From NCBI GenBank assembly GCA_964016885.1, contig OZ024743.1, forward strand, positions 315,952,001-316,016,000: a stretch of 64,000 nucleotides of DNA, written 5' to 3'. The stretch's first letter is position 1; the number at the start of each line of letters is the position of its first letter. The position numbers were made by a program, and so were the translations under genes. The notes under the pieces were generated by a model. It did not search any database. It had not been told where the DNA came from and saw only the letters and a list, made by a program, of their open reading frames with translations. The DNA is from Eledone cirrhosa (Eukaryota). Positions 38,653 to 52,820 of the stretch are shown in pieces.

Positions 38653-40128
38653 CTATTAGGCTTTTAAACCTTTACCTTTTTAACTCAGTCAAGTATTTCT
38701 AGATAAAAATAATTTTGTTTTGATTTTTTTGAAAATATAAGAATTTTTCTTGTTAAAGTTTTCTTTTTAAATTTCATTATATAAATCGTCGAAGTATTGG
38801 CACGAAGGGTATTCTTGTTTCGTGAACCTTGAAATAGCATATGGCTGCGTTCCACGGCCCCTGATGTTGCAGGTTCAGCAGGAGTTGGCGTTTATGTTCA
38901 GTTTCTTAATACCCTGAAGTCTTTAAACGAAAGTCCTAGTGTTTCTGTTCGGATTAATGTTGTTAGTTAAAAACCATTCAATGTAGGTGTCTGACTCAGT
39001 TAAAAGTGTGTACTCTCACCTCTCCAGTTCAATGTCTTCGTGGACAGCATTGACATTTATGGCCGGGCTGGAAATGGTGACCGGATCAATTGGCTAAATT
39101 CGTCAGGCGGTGAACTCCGACATGCTCTTGATAGGTTTGCTGCCGAGTGTTGCACGGCAGGAATGAAAATAAGTACTGCGAAGACTCAGATACTCCTCTT
39201 CTCAATGATATCTGCTCTGTGCACTCTATATGTGCATGAATTTTCACTGAAGCAGAAGGTTGGATTATATGCACGTATTGTTAGAGCTGGTGCAATAATG
39301 CGCCAGCTTCAGCATTCGGTCTGAAGAAGGGAGGTAGGTGTAAAATCCGAACTCGCTATCTTCAATTCGGTATTCCTACCAGCTCTTACCTATGGCCATG
39401 AATCTTTGGTAATGACCAAAATAATATAAAAATGTGCCTCAAACTAACAGATGTTCCTCGAGTCTAATGATCCACACCTAGCAAGCGCCGGCAAACCCGG
39501 ATCATTTGGCATTTATTAAATTCCACGCATTGACCTGTACTTTGACTAAGACCCACCCTACACTCACACTCCCCTGGGAACCCAAATGCAGAGATGACGA
39601 GTACACACCCCACTCTCCCACTCCTTACCTAGTGTATCCACCTACTACCTACAATGTACCATCAACCAACCACTACACACCTGTGAGTTTCCTTTTACAT
39701 ACTATACTTCCCATGTGTATAGGTGTAGATAGTCTTACGATCTTCTCTTCCCTAATTCTTGTATGGGTGTATGGATGTAGCATCTACATATGTGTGTGTG
39801 CATGTGTGAGTGACATTCGCGTTATTAACACGACGCTCTAACCAACTGAGCTAACCGGGCAGTTGGATCTGTTGCTGTCAGAATAAACTATTAATACAAT
39901 AATTATTTCTACTTTTGGCACAAGGCCAGCAATTATCCTAGTCCTAAGAATAGAGTTACGTCCCTTTAGAGCCTGAGTTTAAATCCCGCCGAGGTCAACT
40001 TTGCCTTTCACCCTTACGGCGACGATAAAATAAAGTACCAGTAATGCACTGAATTAATTGATGGCCTTGTTCCAAAAGTAGAAATAATTATTGTATTAAT
40101 AGTTTATTTGACAGCCCCAGATACGTCT

Positions 40129-40202
40129 GGCCGGTTAGCTCAGTTGGTTAGAGCGTCGTGCTAATAACGCGAATGTCGTGGGTTCGAGCCCCATATTGGC
40201 CA
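40129..40202 (+). tRNA. tRNA-Ile-AAT: tRNA-Ile(AAT), array copy 3
   Basis: Array consensus sequence. Confidence 0.88.
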
Positions 40203-41711
40203 TATTACGATTTTTTTTTTTTTTTTTTTTTCTATTAGGCTTTTAAACCTTTACCTTTTTAACTCAGTCAAGTATTTCTAGATAAAAATAATTTTGTTTT
40301 GATTTTTTTGAAAATATAAGAATTTTTCTTGTTAAAGTTTTCTTTTTAAATTTCATTATATAAATCGTCGAAGTATTGGCACGAAGGGTATTCTTGTTTC
40401 GTGAACCTTGAAATAGCATATGGCTGCGTTCCACGGCCCCTGATGTTGCAGGTTCAGCAGGAGTTGGCGTTTATGTTCAGTTTCTTAATACCCTGAAGTC
40501 TTTAAACGAAAGTCCTAGTGTTTGTGTTCGGATTAATTAATGTTGTTAGTTAAAAACCATTCAATGTAGGTGTCTGACTCAGTTAAAAGTGTGTACTTTC
40601 ACCTCTCCAGTTCAATATCTTCGTGGACAGCATTGACATTTATGGCCGGGCTGGAAATGGTGACCGGAACAATTGGCTAAATTCGTCAGGCGGTGATCTC
40701 TGACATGCTCTTGATAGGTTTGCTGCCGAGTGTTGCACGGCAGGAATGAAAATCAGTACTGCGAAGACTCAGATACTCCTCTTCTCAATGATATCTGCTC
40801 TGTGCACTCTATATGTGCATGAATTTTCACTAAAGCAGAAGGTTGGATTATATGCACGTATTGTTAGAGCTGGTGCAATAATGCGCCAGCTTCAGCATTC
40901 GGTCTGAAGAAGGGAGGTAGGTGTAAAATCCGAACTCGCTATCTTCAATTCGGTATTCCTACCAGCTCTTACCTATGGCCATGAATCTTTGGTAATGACC
41001 AAAATAATATAAAAATGTGCCTCAAACTAACAGATGTTCCTCGAGTCTAATGATCCACACCTAGCAAGCGCCGGCAAACCCGGATCATTTGGCATTTATT
41101 AAATCCCACGCATTGACCTGTACTTTGACTAAGACCCACCCTACACTCACACTCCCCTGGGAACCCAAATGCAGAGATGACGAGTACACACCCCACTCTC
41201 CCACTTCTTCCTTAGTGTATCCACCTACTACCTACAATGTACCATCAACCAACCACTACACACCTGTGAGTTTCCTTTTACATACTATACTTCCCATGTG
41301 TATAGGTGTAGATAATCTTACCATCTTCTCTTCCCTAATTCTTGTATGGGTGTATGGATGTAGCATCTACATATGTGTGTGTGCATGTGTGAGTGACATT
41401 CGCGTTATTAACACGACGCTCTAACCAACTGAGCTAACCGGGCAGTTGGATCTGTTGCTGTCAGAATAAACTATTAATACAATAATTATTTCTACTTTTG
41501 GCACAAGGCCAGCAATTATCCTAGTCCTAAGAATAGAGTTACGTCCCTTTAGAGTCTGAGTTTAAATCCCGCCGAGGTCAACTTTGCCTTTCACCCTTAC
41601 GGCGACGATAAAATAAAGTACCAGTAATGCACTGGATTAATTGATGGCCTTGTTCCAAAAGTAGAAATAATTATTGTATTAATAGTTTATTTGACAGCCC
41701 CAGATACGTCT

Positions 41712-41785
41712 GGCCGGTTAGCTCAGTTGGTTAGAGCGTCGTGCTAATAGCGCGAATGTCGTGGGTTCGAGCCCCATATTGGCCA
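41712..41785 (+). tRNA. tRNA-Ile-AAT: tRNA-Ile(AAT), array copy 4 (A38>G)
   Basis: Anticodon loop ctaatag. Confidence 0.8.
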
Positions 41786-43287
41786 TATTACGATTTGTTT
41801 TTTTTTTTTTTTTCTATTAGGCTTTTAAACCTTTACCTTTTTAACTCAGTGAAGTATTTCAAGATAAAAATAATTTTGTTTTGATTTTTTTGAACATATA
41901 AGAATTTTTCTTGTTAAAGTTTTCTTTTTAAATTTCATTATATAAATCGTCGAAGTATTGGCACGAAGGGTATTCTTGTTTCGTGAACCTTGAAATAGCA
42001 TATGGCTGCGTTCCACGGCCCCTGATGTTGCAGGTTCAGCAGGAGTTGGCGTTTATGTTCAGTTTCTTAATACCCTGAAGTCTTTAAACGAAAGTCCTAG
42101 TGTTTGTGTTCGGATTAATGTTGTTAGTTAAAAACCATTCAATGTAGGTGTCTGACTCAGTTAAAAGTGTGTACTCTCACCTCTCCAGTTCAATGTCTTC
42201 GTGGACAGCATTGACATTTATGGCCGGGCTGGAAATGGTGACCGGATCAATTGGCTAAATTCGTCAGGCGGTGAACTCTGACATGCTCTTGATAGGTTTG
42301 CTGCCGAGTGTTGCACGGCAGGAATGAAAATCAGTACTGCGAAGACTGAGATACTCATCTTCTCAATGATATCTGCTCTGTGCACTCTATATGTGCATGA
42401 ATTTTCACTAAAGCAGAAGGTTGGATTATATGCACGTATTGTTAGAGCTGGTGCAATAATGCGCCAGCTTCAGCATTCGGTCTGAAGAAGGGAGGTAGGT
42501 GTAAAATCCGAACTCGCTATCTTCAATTCGGTATTCCTACCAGCTCTTACCTATGGCCATGAATCTTTGGTAATGACCAAAATGATATAAAAATGTGCCT
42601 CAAACTAACAGATGTTCCTCGAGTCTAATGATCCACACCTAGCAAGCGCCAGCAAACCCGGATCATATGGCACTTATTAAACCCACGCATTGACCGGTGC
42701 TCTAACTAAGCCCACCCTACACTCACACTCCCCTGGGAACCCAAATGCAGAGATGACGAGTACACACCCCACTCTCCCACTCCTTACCTAGTGTATCCAC
42801 ATACTACCTACAATGTACCATCAACCAACCACTACACACCTGTGAGTTTCCTTTTACATACTATACTTCCCATGTGTATAGGTGTAGATAGTCTTACGAT
42901 CTTCTCTTCCCTAATTCTTGTATGGGTGTATGGATGTAGCATCTACATATGTGTGTGTGCATGTGTGAGTGACATTCGCGTTATTAACACGACGCTCTAA
43001 CCAACTGAGCTAACCGGCCAGTTGGATCTGTTGCTGTCTAAATAAACTATTAATACAATAATTATTTCTACTTTTGGCACAAGGCCAGCAATTATCCTAG
43101 TCCTAAGAATAGAGTTACGTCCATTTAGAGTCTGAGTTTAAATCCCGCCGAGGTCAACTTTGCCTTTCACCCTTACGGCGACGATAAAATAAAGTACCAG
43201 TAATGCACTGGATTTATTGATGGCCTTGTTCCAAAAGTAGAAATAATTATTGTATTAATAGTTTATTTGACAGCCCCAGATACGTCT

Positions 43288-43361
43288 GGCCGGTTAGCTC
43301 AGTTGGTTAGAGCGTCGTGCTAATAACGCGAATGTCGTGGGTTCGAGCCTCATATTGGCCA
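43288..43361 (+). tRNA. tRNA-Ile-AAT: tRNA-Ile(AAT), array copy 5
   Basis: T-stem variant ctcat. Confidence 0.8.
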
Positions 43362-44866
43362 TATTACGATTTTTTTTTTTTTGTTTTTTTCTATTAGGCT
43401 TTTAAACCTTTACCTTTTTAACTCAGTGAAGTATTTCTAGATAAAAATAATTTTGTTTTGATTTTTTTGAAAATATAAGAATTTTTCTTGTTAAAGTTTT
43501 CTTTTTAAATTTCATTATATAAATCGTCGAAGTATTGGCACGAAGGGTATTCTTGTTTCGTGAACCTTAAAATAGCATATGGCTGCGTTCCACGGCCCCT
43601 GATGTTGCAGGTTCAGCAGCAGTTGGCGTTTATGTTCAGTTTCTTAATACCCTGCTGTCTTTAAACGAAAGTCCTAGTGTTTGTGTTCGGATTAATGTTG
43701 TTAGTTAAAAACCATTCAATGTAGGTGTCTGACTCAGTTAAAAGTGTGTACTATCACCTCTCCAGTTCAATATGTTCGTGGACAGCATTGACATTTATGG
43801 CCGGGCTGGAAATGGTGACCGGATCAATTGGCTAAATTCGTCAGGCGGTGATCTCTGACATGCTCTTGATAGGTTTGCTGCCGAGTGTTGCACGGCAGGA
43901 ATGAAAATAAGTACTGCGAAGACTCAGATACTCCTCTTCCCAATGATATCTGCTCTGTGCACTCTATATGTGCATGAATTTTCACTGAAGCAGAAGGTTG
44001 GATTATATGCACGTATTGTTAGAGCTGGTGCAATAATGCGCCAGCTTCAGCATTCGGTCTGAAGAAGGGAGGTAGGTGTAAAATCCGAACTCGCTATCTT
44101 CAATTCGGTATTCCTACCAGCTCTTACCTATGGCCATGAATCTTTGGTAATGACCAAAATAATATAAAAATGTGCCTCAAACTAACAGATGTTCCTCGAG
44201 TCTAATGATCCACACCTAGCAAGCGCCGGCAAACCCGGATCATTTGGCATTTATTAAATTCCACGCATTGACCTGTACTTTGACTAAGACCCACCCTACA
44301 CTCACACTCCCCTGAGAACCCAAATGCAGAGATCACCAGTACACACCCCACTCTCCCACTCCTTACGTAGTGTATCCACCTACTACCTACAATGTACCAT
44401 CAACCAACCACTACACACCTGTGAGTTTCCTTTTACATACTATACTTCCCATGTGTATAGGTGTAGATAGTCTTACGATCTTCTCTTCCCTAATTCTTGT
44501 ATGGGTGTATGGATGTAGCATCTACATATGTGTGTGTGCATGTGTGAGTGACATTCGCGTTATTAACACGACGCTCTAACCAACTGAGCTAACCGGGCAG
44601 TTGGATCTGTTGCTGTCAGAATAAACTATTAATACAATAATTATTTGTACTTTTGGCACAAGGCCAGCAATTATCCTAGTCCTAAGAATAGAGTTACGTC
44701 CCTTTAGAGTCTGAGTTTAAATCCCGCCGAGGTCAACTTTGCCTTTCACCCTTACGGCGACGATAAAATAAAGTACCAGTAATGCACTGAATTAATTGAT
44801 GGCCTTGTTCCAAAAGTAGAAATAATTATTGTATTAATAGTTTATTTGACAGCCCCAGATACGTCT

Positions 44867-44940
44867 GGCCGGTTAGCTCAGTTGGTTAGAGCGTCTTGCT
44901 AATAACGCGAATGTCGTGGGTTCGAGCCTCATATTGGCCA
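44867..44940 (+). tRNA. tRNA-Ile-AAT: tRNA-Ile(AAT), array copy 6
   Basis: Anticodon-stem mismatch tcttg and T-stem variant ctcat. Confidence 0.7.
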
Positions 44941-46445
44941 TATTACGATTTTTTTTTTTTTTTTTTTTTCTATTAGGCTTTTAAACCTTTACCTTTTTAA
45001 CTCAGTCAAGTATTTCTAGATAAAAATAATTTTGTTTAGATTTTTTTGAAAATATAAGAATTTTTCTTGTTTAAGTTTTCTTTTTAAATTTCATTATATA
45101 AATCGTCGAAGTATTGGCACGAAGGGTATTCTTGTTTCGTGAACCTTGAAATAGCATATGGCTGCGTTCCACGGCCCCTGATGTTGCAGGTTCAGCAGGA
45201 GTTGGCGTTTATGTTCAGTTTCTTAATACCCTGAAGTCTTTAAACGAAAGTCCTAGTGTTTGTGTTCGGATTAATGTTGTTAGTTAAAAACCATTCAATG
45301 TAGGTGTCTGACTCAGTTAAAAGTGTGTACTCTCACCTCTCCAGTTCAATGTCTTCGTGGACAGCATTGACATTTATGGCCGGGCTGGAAATGGTGACCG
45401 GATCAATTGGCTAAATTCGTCAGGCGGTGAACTCCGACATGCACGTGATAGGTTTGCTGCCGAATGCTGCACGGCAGGAATGAAAATAAGTACTGCGAAG
45501 ACTCAGATACTCCTCTTCTCAATGATATCTGCTCTGTGCACTCTATATGTGCATGAATTTTCACTGAAGCAGAAGGTTGGATTATATGCACGTATTGTTA
45601 GAGCTGGTGCAATAATGCGCCAGCTTCAGCATTCGGTCTGAAGAAGGGAGGTAGGTGTAAAATCCGAACTCGCTATCTTCAATTCGGCATTCCTACCAGC
45701 TCTTACCTATGGCCATGAATCTTTGGTAATGACCAAAATAATATAAAAATGTGCCTCAAACTAACAGATGTTCCTCGAGTCTAATGATCCACACCTAGCA
45801 AGCGCCGGCAAACCCGGATCATTTGGCATTTATTAAATCCCACGCATTGACCTGTACTTTGACTAAGACCCACCCTACACTCACACTCCCCTGCGAACCC
45901 AAATGCAGAGATGACGAGTACACACCCCACTCTCCCACTCCTTACCTAGTGTATCCACATACTACCTACAATGTACCATCAACCAACCACTACACACCTG
46001 TGAGTTTCCTTTTACATACTATACTTCCCATGTGTATAGGTGTAGATAGTCTTACGATCTTCTCTTCCCTAATTCTTGTATGGGTGTATGGATGTAGCAT
46101 CTACATATGTGTGTGTGCATGTGTGAGTGACATTCGCGTTATTAACACGACGCTCTAACCAACTGAGCTAACGGGCCAGTTGGATCTGTTGTTGTCTAAA
46201 TAAACTATTAATACAATAATTATTTCTACTTTTGGCACAAGGCCAGCAATTATCCTAGTCCTAAGAATAGAGTTACGTCCCTTTAGAGTCTGAGTTTAAA
46301 TCCCGCCGAGGTCAACTTTGCCTTTCACCCTTACGGCGACGATAAAATAAAGTACCAGTAATGCACTGGATTTATTGATGGCCTTGTTCCAAAAGTAGAA
46401 ATAATTATTGTATTAATAGTTTATTTGACAGCCCCAGATACGTCT

Positions 46446-46519
46446 GGCCGGTTAGCTCAGTTGGTTAGAGCGTCGTGCTAATAACGCGAATGTCGTGGGT
46501 TCGAGCCCCATATTGGCCA
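46446..46519 (+). tRNA. tRNA-Ile-AAT: tRNA-Ile(AAT), array copy 7
   Basis: Array consensus. Confidence 0.88.
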
Positions 46520-48025
46520 TATTACGATTTTTTTTTTTTTTGTTTTTTTCTATTAGGCTTTTAAACCTTTACCTTTTTAACTCAGTCAAGTATTTCTAGA
46601 TAAAAATAATTTTGTTTAGATTTTTTTGAAAATATAAGAATTTTTCTTGTTTAAGTTTTCTTTTTAAATTTCATTATATAAATCGTCGAAGTATTGGCAC
46701 GAAGGGTATTCTTGTTTCGTGAACCTTGAAATAGCATATGGCTGCGTTCCACGGCCCCTGATGTTGCAGGTTCAGCAGGAGTTGGCGTTTATGTTCAGTT
46801 TCTTAATACCCTGAAGTCTTTAAACGAAAGTCCTAGTGTTTGTGTTCGGATTAATGTTGTTAGTTAAAAACCATTCAATGTAGGTGTCTGACTCAGTTAA
46901 ATGTGTGTACTATCACCTCTCCAGTTCAATATGTTCGTGGACAGCATTGACTTTTATGACCGGGCTGGAAATGGTGACCGGATCAATTGGCTAAATTCGT
47001 CAGGCGGTGAACTCCGACATGCTCTTGATAGGTTTGCTGCCGAGTGTTGCACGGCAGGAATGAAAATAAGTACTGCGAAGACTCAGATACTCCTCTTCTC
47101 AATGATATCTGCTCTGTGCACTCTATATGTGCATGAATTTTCACTGAAGCAGAAGGTTGGATTATATGCACGTATTGTTAGAGCTGGTGCAATGATGCGC
47201 CAGCTTCAGCATTCGGTCTGAAGAAGGGACGTAGGTGTAAAATCCGAACTCGCTATCTTCAATTCGGTATTCCTACCAGCTCTTACCTATGGCCATGAAT
47301 CTTTGGTAATGACCAAAATAATATAAAAATGTGCCTCAAACTAACAGATGTTCCTCGAGTCTAATGATCCACACCTAGCAAGCGCCGGCAAACCCGGATC
47401 ATTTGGCATTTATTAAATTCCACGCATTGACCTGTACTTTGACTAAGACCCACCCTACACTCACACTCCCCTGAGAACCCAAATGCAGAGATCACGAGTA
47501 CACACCCCACTCTCCCACTCCTTACGTAGTGTATCCACCTACTACCTACAATGTACCATCAACCAACCACTACACACCTGTGAGTTTCCTTTTACATTCT
47601 ATACTTCCCATGTGTATAGGTGTAGATAGTCTTACGATCTTCTCTTCCCTAATTCTTGTATGGGTGTATGGATGTAGCATCTACATATGTGTGTGTGCAT
47701 GTGTGAGTGACATTCGCGTTATTAACACGACGCTCTAACCAACTGAGCTAACCGGCCAGTTGGATCTGTTGCTGTCTAAATAAACTATTAATACAATAAT
47801 TATTTCTACTTTTGGCACAAGGCCAGCAATTATCCTAGTCCTAAGAATAGAGTTACGTCCCTTTAGAGTCTGAGTTTAAATCCCGCCGAGGTCAACTTAG
47901 TCTTTCACCCTTACGGCGACGATAAAATAAAGTACCAGTAATGCACTGGGTTTATTGATGGCCTTGTTCCAAAAGTAGAAATAATTATTGTATTAATAGT
48001 TTATTTGACATCCCCATATACGTCT

Positions 48026-48099
48026 GGCCGGTTAGCTCAGTTGGTTAGAGCGTCGTGCTAATAACGCGAATGTCGTGGGTTCGAGCCCCATATTGGCCA
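48026..48099 (+). tRNA. tRNA-Ile-AAT: tRNA-Ile(AAT), array copy 8
   Basis: Array consensus. Confidence 0.88.
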
Positions 48100-49604
48100 T
48101 ATTACGATTTGTTTTTTTTTGTTTTTTTCTATTAGGCTTTTAAACCTTTACCTTTTTAACTCAGTGAAGTATTTCAAGATAAAAATAATTTTGTTTTGAT
48201 TTTTTTGAACATATAAGAATTTTTCTTGTTAAAGTTTTCTTTTTAAATTTCATTATATAAATCGTCGAAGTATTGGCACGAAGGGTATTCTTGTTTCGTG
48301 AACCTTGAAATAGCATATGGCTGCGTTCCACGGCCCCTGATGTTGCAGGTTCAGCAGGAGTTGGCGTTTATGTTCAGTTTCTTAATACCCTGAAGTCTTT
48401 AAACGAAAGTCCTAGTGTTTGTGTTCGGATTAATGTTGTTAGTTAAAAACCATTCAATGTAGGTGTCTGACTCAGTTAAATGTGTGTACTATCACCTCTC
48501 CAGTTCAATATGTTCGTGGACAGCATTGACTTTTATGACCGGGCTGGAAATGGTGACCGGATCAATTGGCTAAATTCGTCAGGCGGTGAACTCCGACATG
48601 CTCTTGATAGGTTTGCTGCCGAGTGTTGCACGGCAGGAATGAAAATAAGTACTGCGAAGACTCAGATACTCCTCTTCTCAATGATATCTGCTCTGTGCAC
48701 TCTATATGTGCATGAATTTTCACTGAAGCAGAAGGTTGGATTATATGCACGTATTGTTAGAGCTGGTGAAATGATGCGCCAGCTTCAGCATTCGGTCTGA
48801 AGAAGGGACGTAGGTGTAAAATCCGAACTCGCTATCTTCAATTCGGTATTCCTACCAGCTCTTACCTATGGCCATGAATCTTTGGTAATGACCAAAATAA
48901 TATAAAAATGTGCCTCAAACTAACAGATGTTCCTCGAGTCTAATGATCCACACCTAGCAAGCGCCGGCAAACCCGGATCATTTGGCATTTATTAAATTCC
49001 ACGCATTGACCTGTACTTTGACTAAGACCCACCCTACACTCACACTCCCCTGAGAACCCAAATGCAGAGATCACGAGTACACACCCCACTCTCCCACTCC
49101 TTACGTAGTGTATCCACCTACTACCTACAATGTACCATCAACCAACCACTACACACCTGTGAGTTTCCTTTTACATTCTATACTTCCCACGTGTATAGGT
49201 GTAGATAGTCTTACGATCTTCTCTTCCCTAATTCTTGTATGGGTGTATGGATGTAGCATCTACATATGTGTGTGTGCATGTGTGAGTGACATTCGCGTTA
49301 TTAACACGACGCTCTAACCAACTGAGCTAACCGGCCAGTTGGATCTGTTGCTGTCAGAATAAACTATTAATACAATAATTATTTCTACTTTTGGCACAAG
49401 GCCAGCAATTATCCTAGTCCTAAGATTAGAGTTACGTCCCTTTAGAGTCTGAGTTTAAATCCCGCCGAGGTCAACTTTGCCTTTCACCCTTACGGCGACG
49501 ATAAAATAAAGTACCAGTAATGCACTGGATTTATTGATGGCCTTGTTCCAAAAGTAGAAATAATTATTGTATTAATAGTTTATTTGACAGCCCCAGATAC
49601 GTCT

Positions 49605-49678
49605 GGCCGGTTAGCTCAGTTGGTTAGAGCGTCGTGCTAATAACGCGAATGTCGTGGGTTCGAGCCCCATATTGGCCA
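49605..49678 (+). tRNA. tRNA-Ile-AAT: tRNA-Ile(AAT), array copy 9
   Basis: Array consensus. Confidence 0.88.
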
Positions 49679-51182
49679 TATTACGATTTGTTCTTTTTTG
49701 TTTTTTTCTATTAGGCTTTTAAACCTTTACCTTTTTAACTCAGTGAAGTATTTCAAGATAAAAATAATTTTGTTTTGATTTTTTTGAACATATAAGAATT
49801 TTTCTTGTTAAAGTTTTCTTTTTAAATTTCATTATATAAATCGTCGAAGTATTGGCACGAAGGGTATTCTTGTTTCGTGAACCTTGAAATAGCATATGGC
49901 TGCGTTCCACGGCCCCTGATGTTGCAGGTTCAGCAGGAGTTGGCGTTTATGTTCAGTTTCTTAATACCCTGAAGTCTTTAAACGAAAGTCCTAGTGTTTG
50001 TGTTCGGATTAATGTTGTTAGTTAAAAACCATTCAATGTAGGTGTCTGACTCAGTTAAAGTGTGTACTTTCACCTCTCCAGTTCAATATGTTCGTGGACA
50101 GCATTGACTTTTATGACCGGGCTGGAAATGGTGACCGGATCAATTGGCTAAATTCGTCAGGCGGTGAACTCCGACATGCTCTTGATAGGTTTGCTGCCGA
50201 GTGTTGCACGGCAGGAATGAAAATCAGTACTGCGAAGACTCAGATACTCCTCTTCTCAATGATATCTGCTCTGTGCACTCTATATGTGCATGAATTTTCA
50301 CTGAAGCAGAAGGTTGGATTATATGCACGTATTGTTAGAGCTGGTGCAATAATGCGCCAGCTTCAGCATTCGGTCTGAAGAAGGGAGGTAGGTGTAAAAT
50401 CCGAACTCGCTATCTTCAATTCGGTATTCCTACCAGCTCTTACCTATGGCCATGAATCTTTGGTAATGACCAAAATAATATAAAAATGTGCCTCAAACTA
50501 ACAGATGTTCCTCGAGTCTAATGATCCACACCTAGCAAGCGCCGGCAAACCCGGATCATTTGGCATTTATTAAATTCCACGCATTGACCTGTACTTTGAC
50601 TAAGACCCACCCTACACTCACACTCCCCTGAGAACCCAAATGCAGAGATCACGAGTACACACCCCACTCTCCCACTCCTTACGTAGTGTATCCACCTACT
50701 ACCTACAATGTACCATCAACCAACCACTACACACCTGTGAGTTTCCTTTTACATTCTATACTTCCCATGTGTATAGGTGTAGATAATCTTACCATCTTCT
50801 CTTCCCTAATTCTTGTATGGGTGTATGGATGTAGCATCTACATATGTGTGTGTGCATGTGTGAGTGACATTCGCGTTATTAACACGACGCTCTAACCAAC
50901 TGAGCTAACCGGGCAGTTGGATCTGTTGCTGTCAGAATAAACTATTAATACAATAATTATTTGTACTTTTGGCACAAGGCCAGCAATTATCCTAGTCCTA
51001 AGAATAGAGTTACGTCCCTTTAGAGTCTGAGTTTAAATCCCGGCGAGGTCAACTTTGCCTTTCACCCTTACGGCGACGATAAAATAAAGTACCAGTAATG
51101 CACTGGATTAATTGATGGCCTTGTTCCAAAAGTAGAAATAATTATTGTATTAATAGTTTATTTGACAGCCCCAGATACGTCT

Positions 51183-51256
51183 GGCCGGTTAGCTCAGTTG
51201 GTTAGAGCGTCTTGCTAATAACGCGAATGTCGTGGGTTCGAACCCCATATTGGCCA
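51183..51256 (+). tRNA. tRNA-Ile-AAT: tRNA-Ile(AAT), array copy 10
   Basis: tcttg / ttcgaac haplotype. Confidence 0.75.
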
Positions 51257-52746
51257 TATTACGGTTTGTTTTTTTTTTGTTTTTTTCTATTTGGCTTTTT
51301 AACTCAGTCAAGTATTTCTAGATAAAAATAATTTTGTTTTGATTTTTTTGAAAATATAAGAATTTTTCTTGTTAAAGTTTTCTTTTTAAATTTCATTATA
51401 TAAATCATCGAAGTATTGGCACGAAGGGTATTCTTGTTTCCTGAACCTTGAAATAGCATATGGCTGCGTTCCACGGCCCCTGATGTTGCAGGTTCAGCAG
51501 GAGTTGGCGTTTATGTTCAGTTTCTTAATACCCTGAAGTCTTTAAACGAAAGTCCTAGTGTTTGTGTTCGGATTAATGTTGTTAGTTAAAAACCATTCAA
51601 TGTAGGTGTCTGACTCAGTTAAAAGTGTGTACTCTCACCTCTCCAGTTCAATGTCTTCGTGGACAGCATTGACAATTATGGCCGGGCTGGAAATGGTGAC
51701 CGGATCAATTGGCTAAATTCGTCAGGCGGTGATCTCTGACATGCTCTTGATAGGTTTGCTGCCCAGTGTTGCACGGCAGGAATGAAAATCAGTACTGCGA
51801 AGACTCAGATACTCCTCTTCTCAATGATATCTGCTCTGTGCACTCTATATGTGCATGAATTTTCACTAAAGCAGAAGGTTGGATTATATGCACGTATTGT
51901 TAGAGCTGGTGCAATAATGCGCCAGCTTCAGCATTCGGTCTGAAGAAGGGAGGTAGGTGTAAAATCCGAACTCGCTATCTTCAATTCGCTATTCCTACCA
52001 GCTCTTACCTATGGCCATGAATCTTTGGTAATGACCAAAATAATATAAAAATGTGCCTCAAACTAACAGATGTTCCTCGAGTCTAATGATCCACACCTAG
52101 CAAGCGCCGGCAAACCCGGATCATTTGGCACTTATTAAACCCACGCATTGACCTGTGCTCTAACTAAGCCCCACCCTACACTCACACTCCCCTGGGAACC
52201 CAAATGCAGAGATCCCGAGTTCACACCCCACTCTCCCACTTCTTCCTTAGTGTATCCACCTACTACCTACAATGTACCATCAACCAACCACTACACACCT
52301 GTGAGTTTCCTTTTACATTCTATACTTCCCATGTGTATAGGTGTAGATAGTCTTACGATCTTCTCTTCCCTAATTCTTGTATGGGTGTATGGATGTAGCA
52401 TCTACATATGTGTGTGTGCATGTGTGAGTGACATTCGCGTTATTAACACGACGCTCTAACCAACTGAGCTAAACGGCCAGTTGGATCTGTTGCTGTCAGA
52501 ATAAACTATTAATACAATAATTATTTGTACTTTTGGCACAAGGCCAGCAATTATCCTAGTCCTAAGAATAGAGTTACGTCCCTTTAGAGTCTGAGTTTAA
52601 ATCCCGCCGAGGTCAACTTTGCCTTTCACCCTTACGGCGACGATAAAATAAAGTACCAGTAATGCACTGGATTTATTGATGGCCTTGTTCCAAAAGTAGA
52701 AATAATTATTGTATTAATAGTTTATTTGACAGCCCCAGATACGTCT

Positions 52747-52820
52747 GGCCGGTTAGCTCAGTTGGTTAGAGCGTCGTGCTAATAACGCGAATGTCGTGGG
52801 TTCGAGCCCTATATTGGCCA
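52747..52820 (+). tRNA. tRNA-Ile-AAT: tRNA-Ile(AAT), array copy 11
   Basis: T-stem variant cctat. Confidence 0.8.

Noticed and set aside
39040-39324. Repeated 94-111 aa RT-like ORF as a functional gene
   Set aside because: It is a fragment of a dead RTE RT with the catalytic YADD region missing and a TGA stop in several units.
39506-39841. Repeated 69-111 aa ORF (...YPPTTYNVPSTNHY...) in each array unit
   Set aside because: It lies in the PLE 3' tail and runs into the antisense tRNA fragment; starts are TTG/GTG and its length varies through stops and frameshifts.
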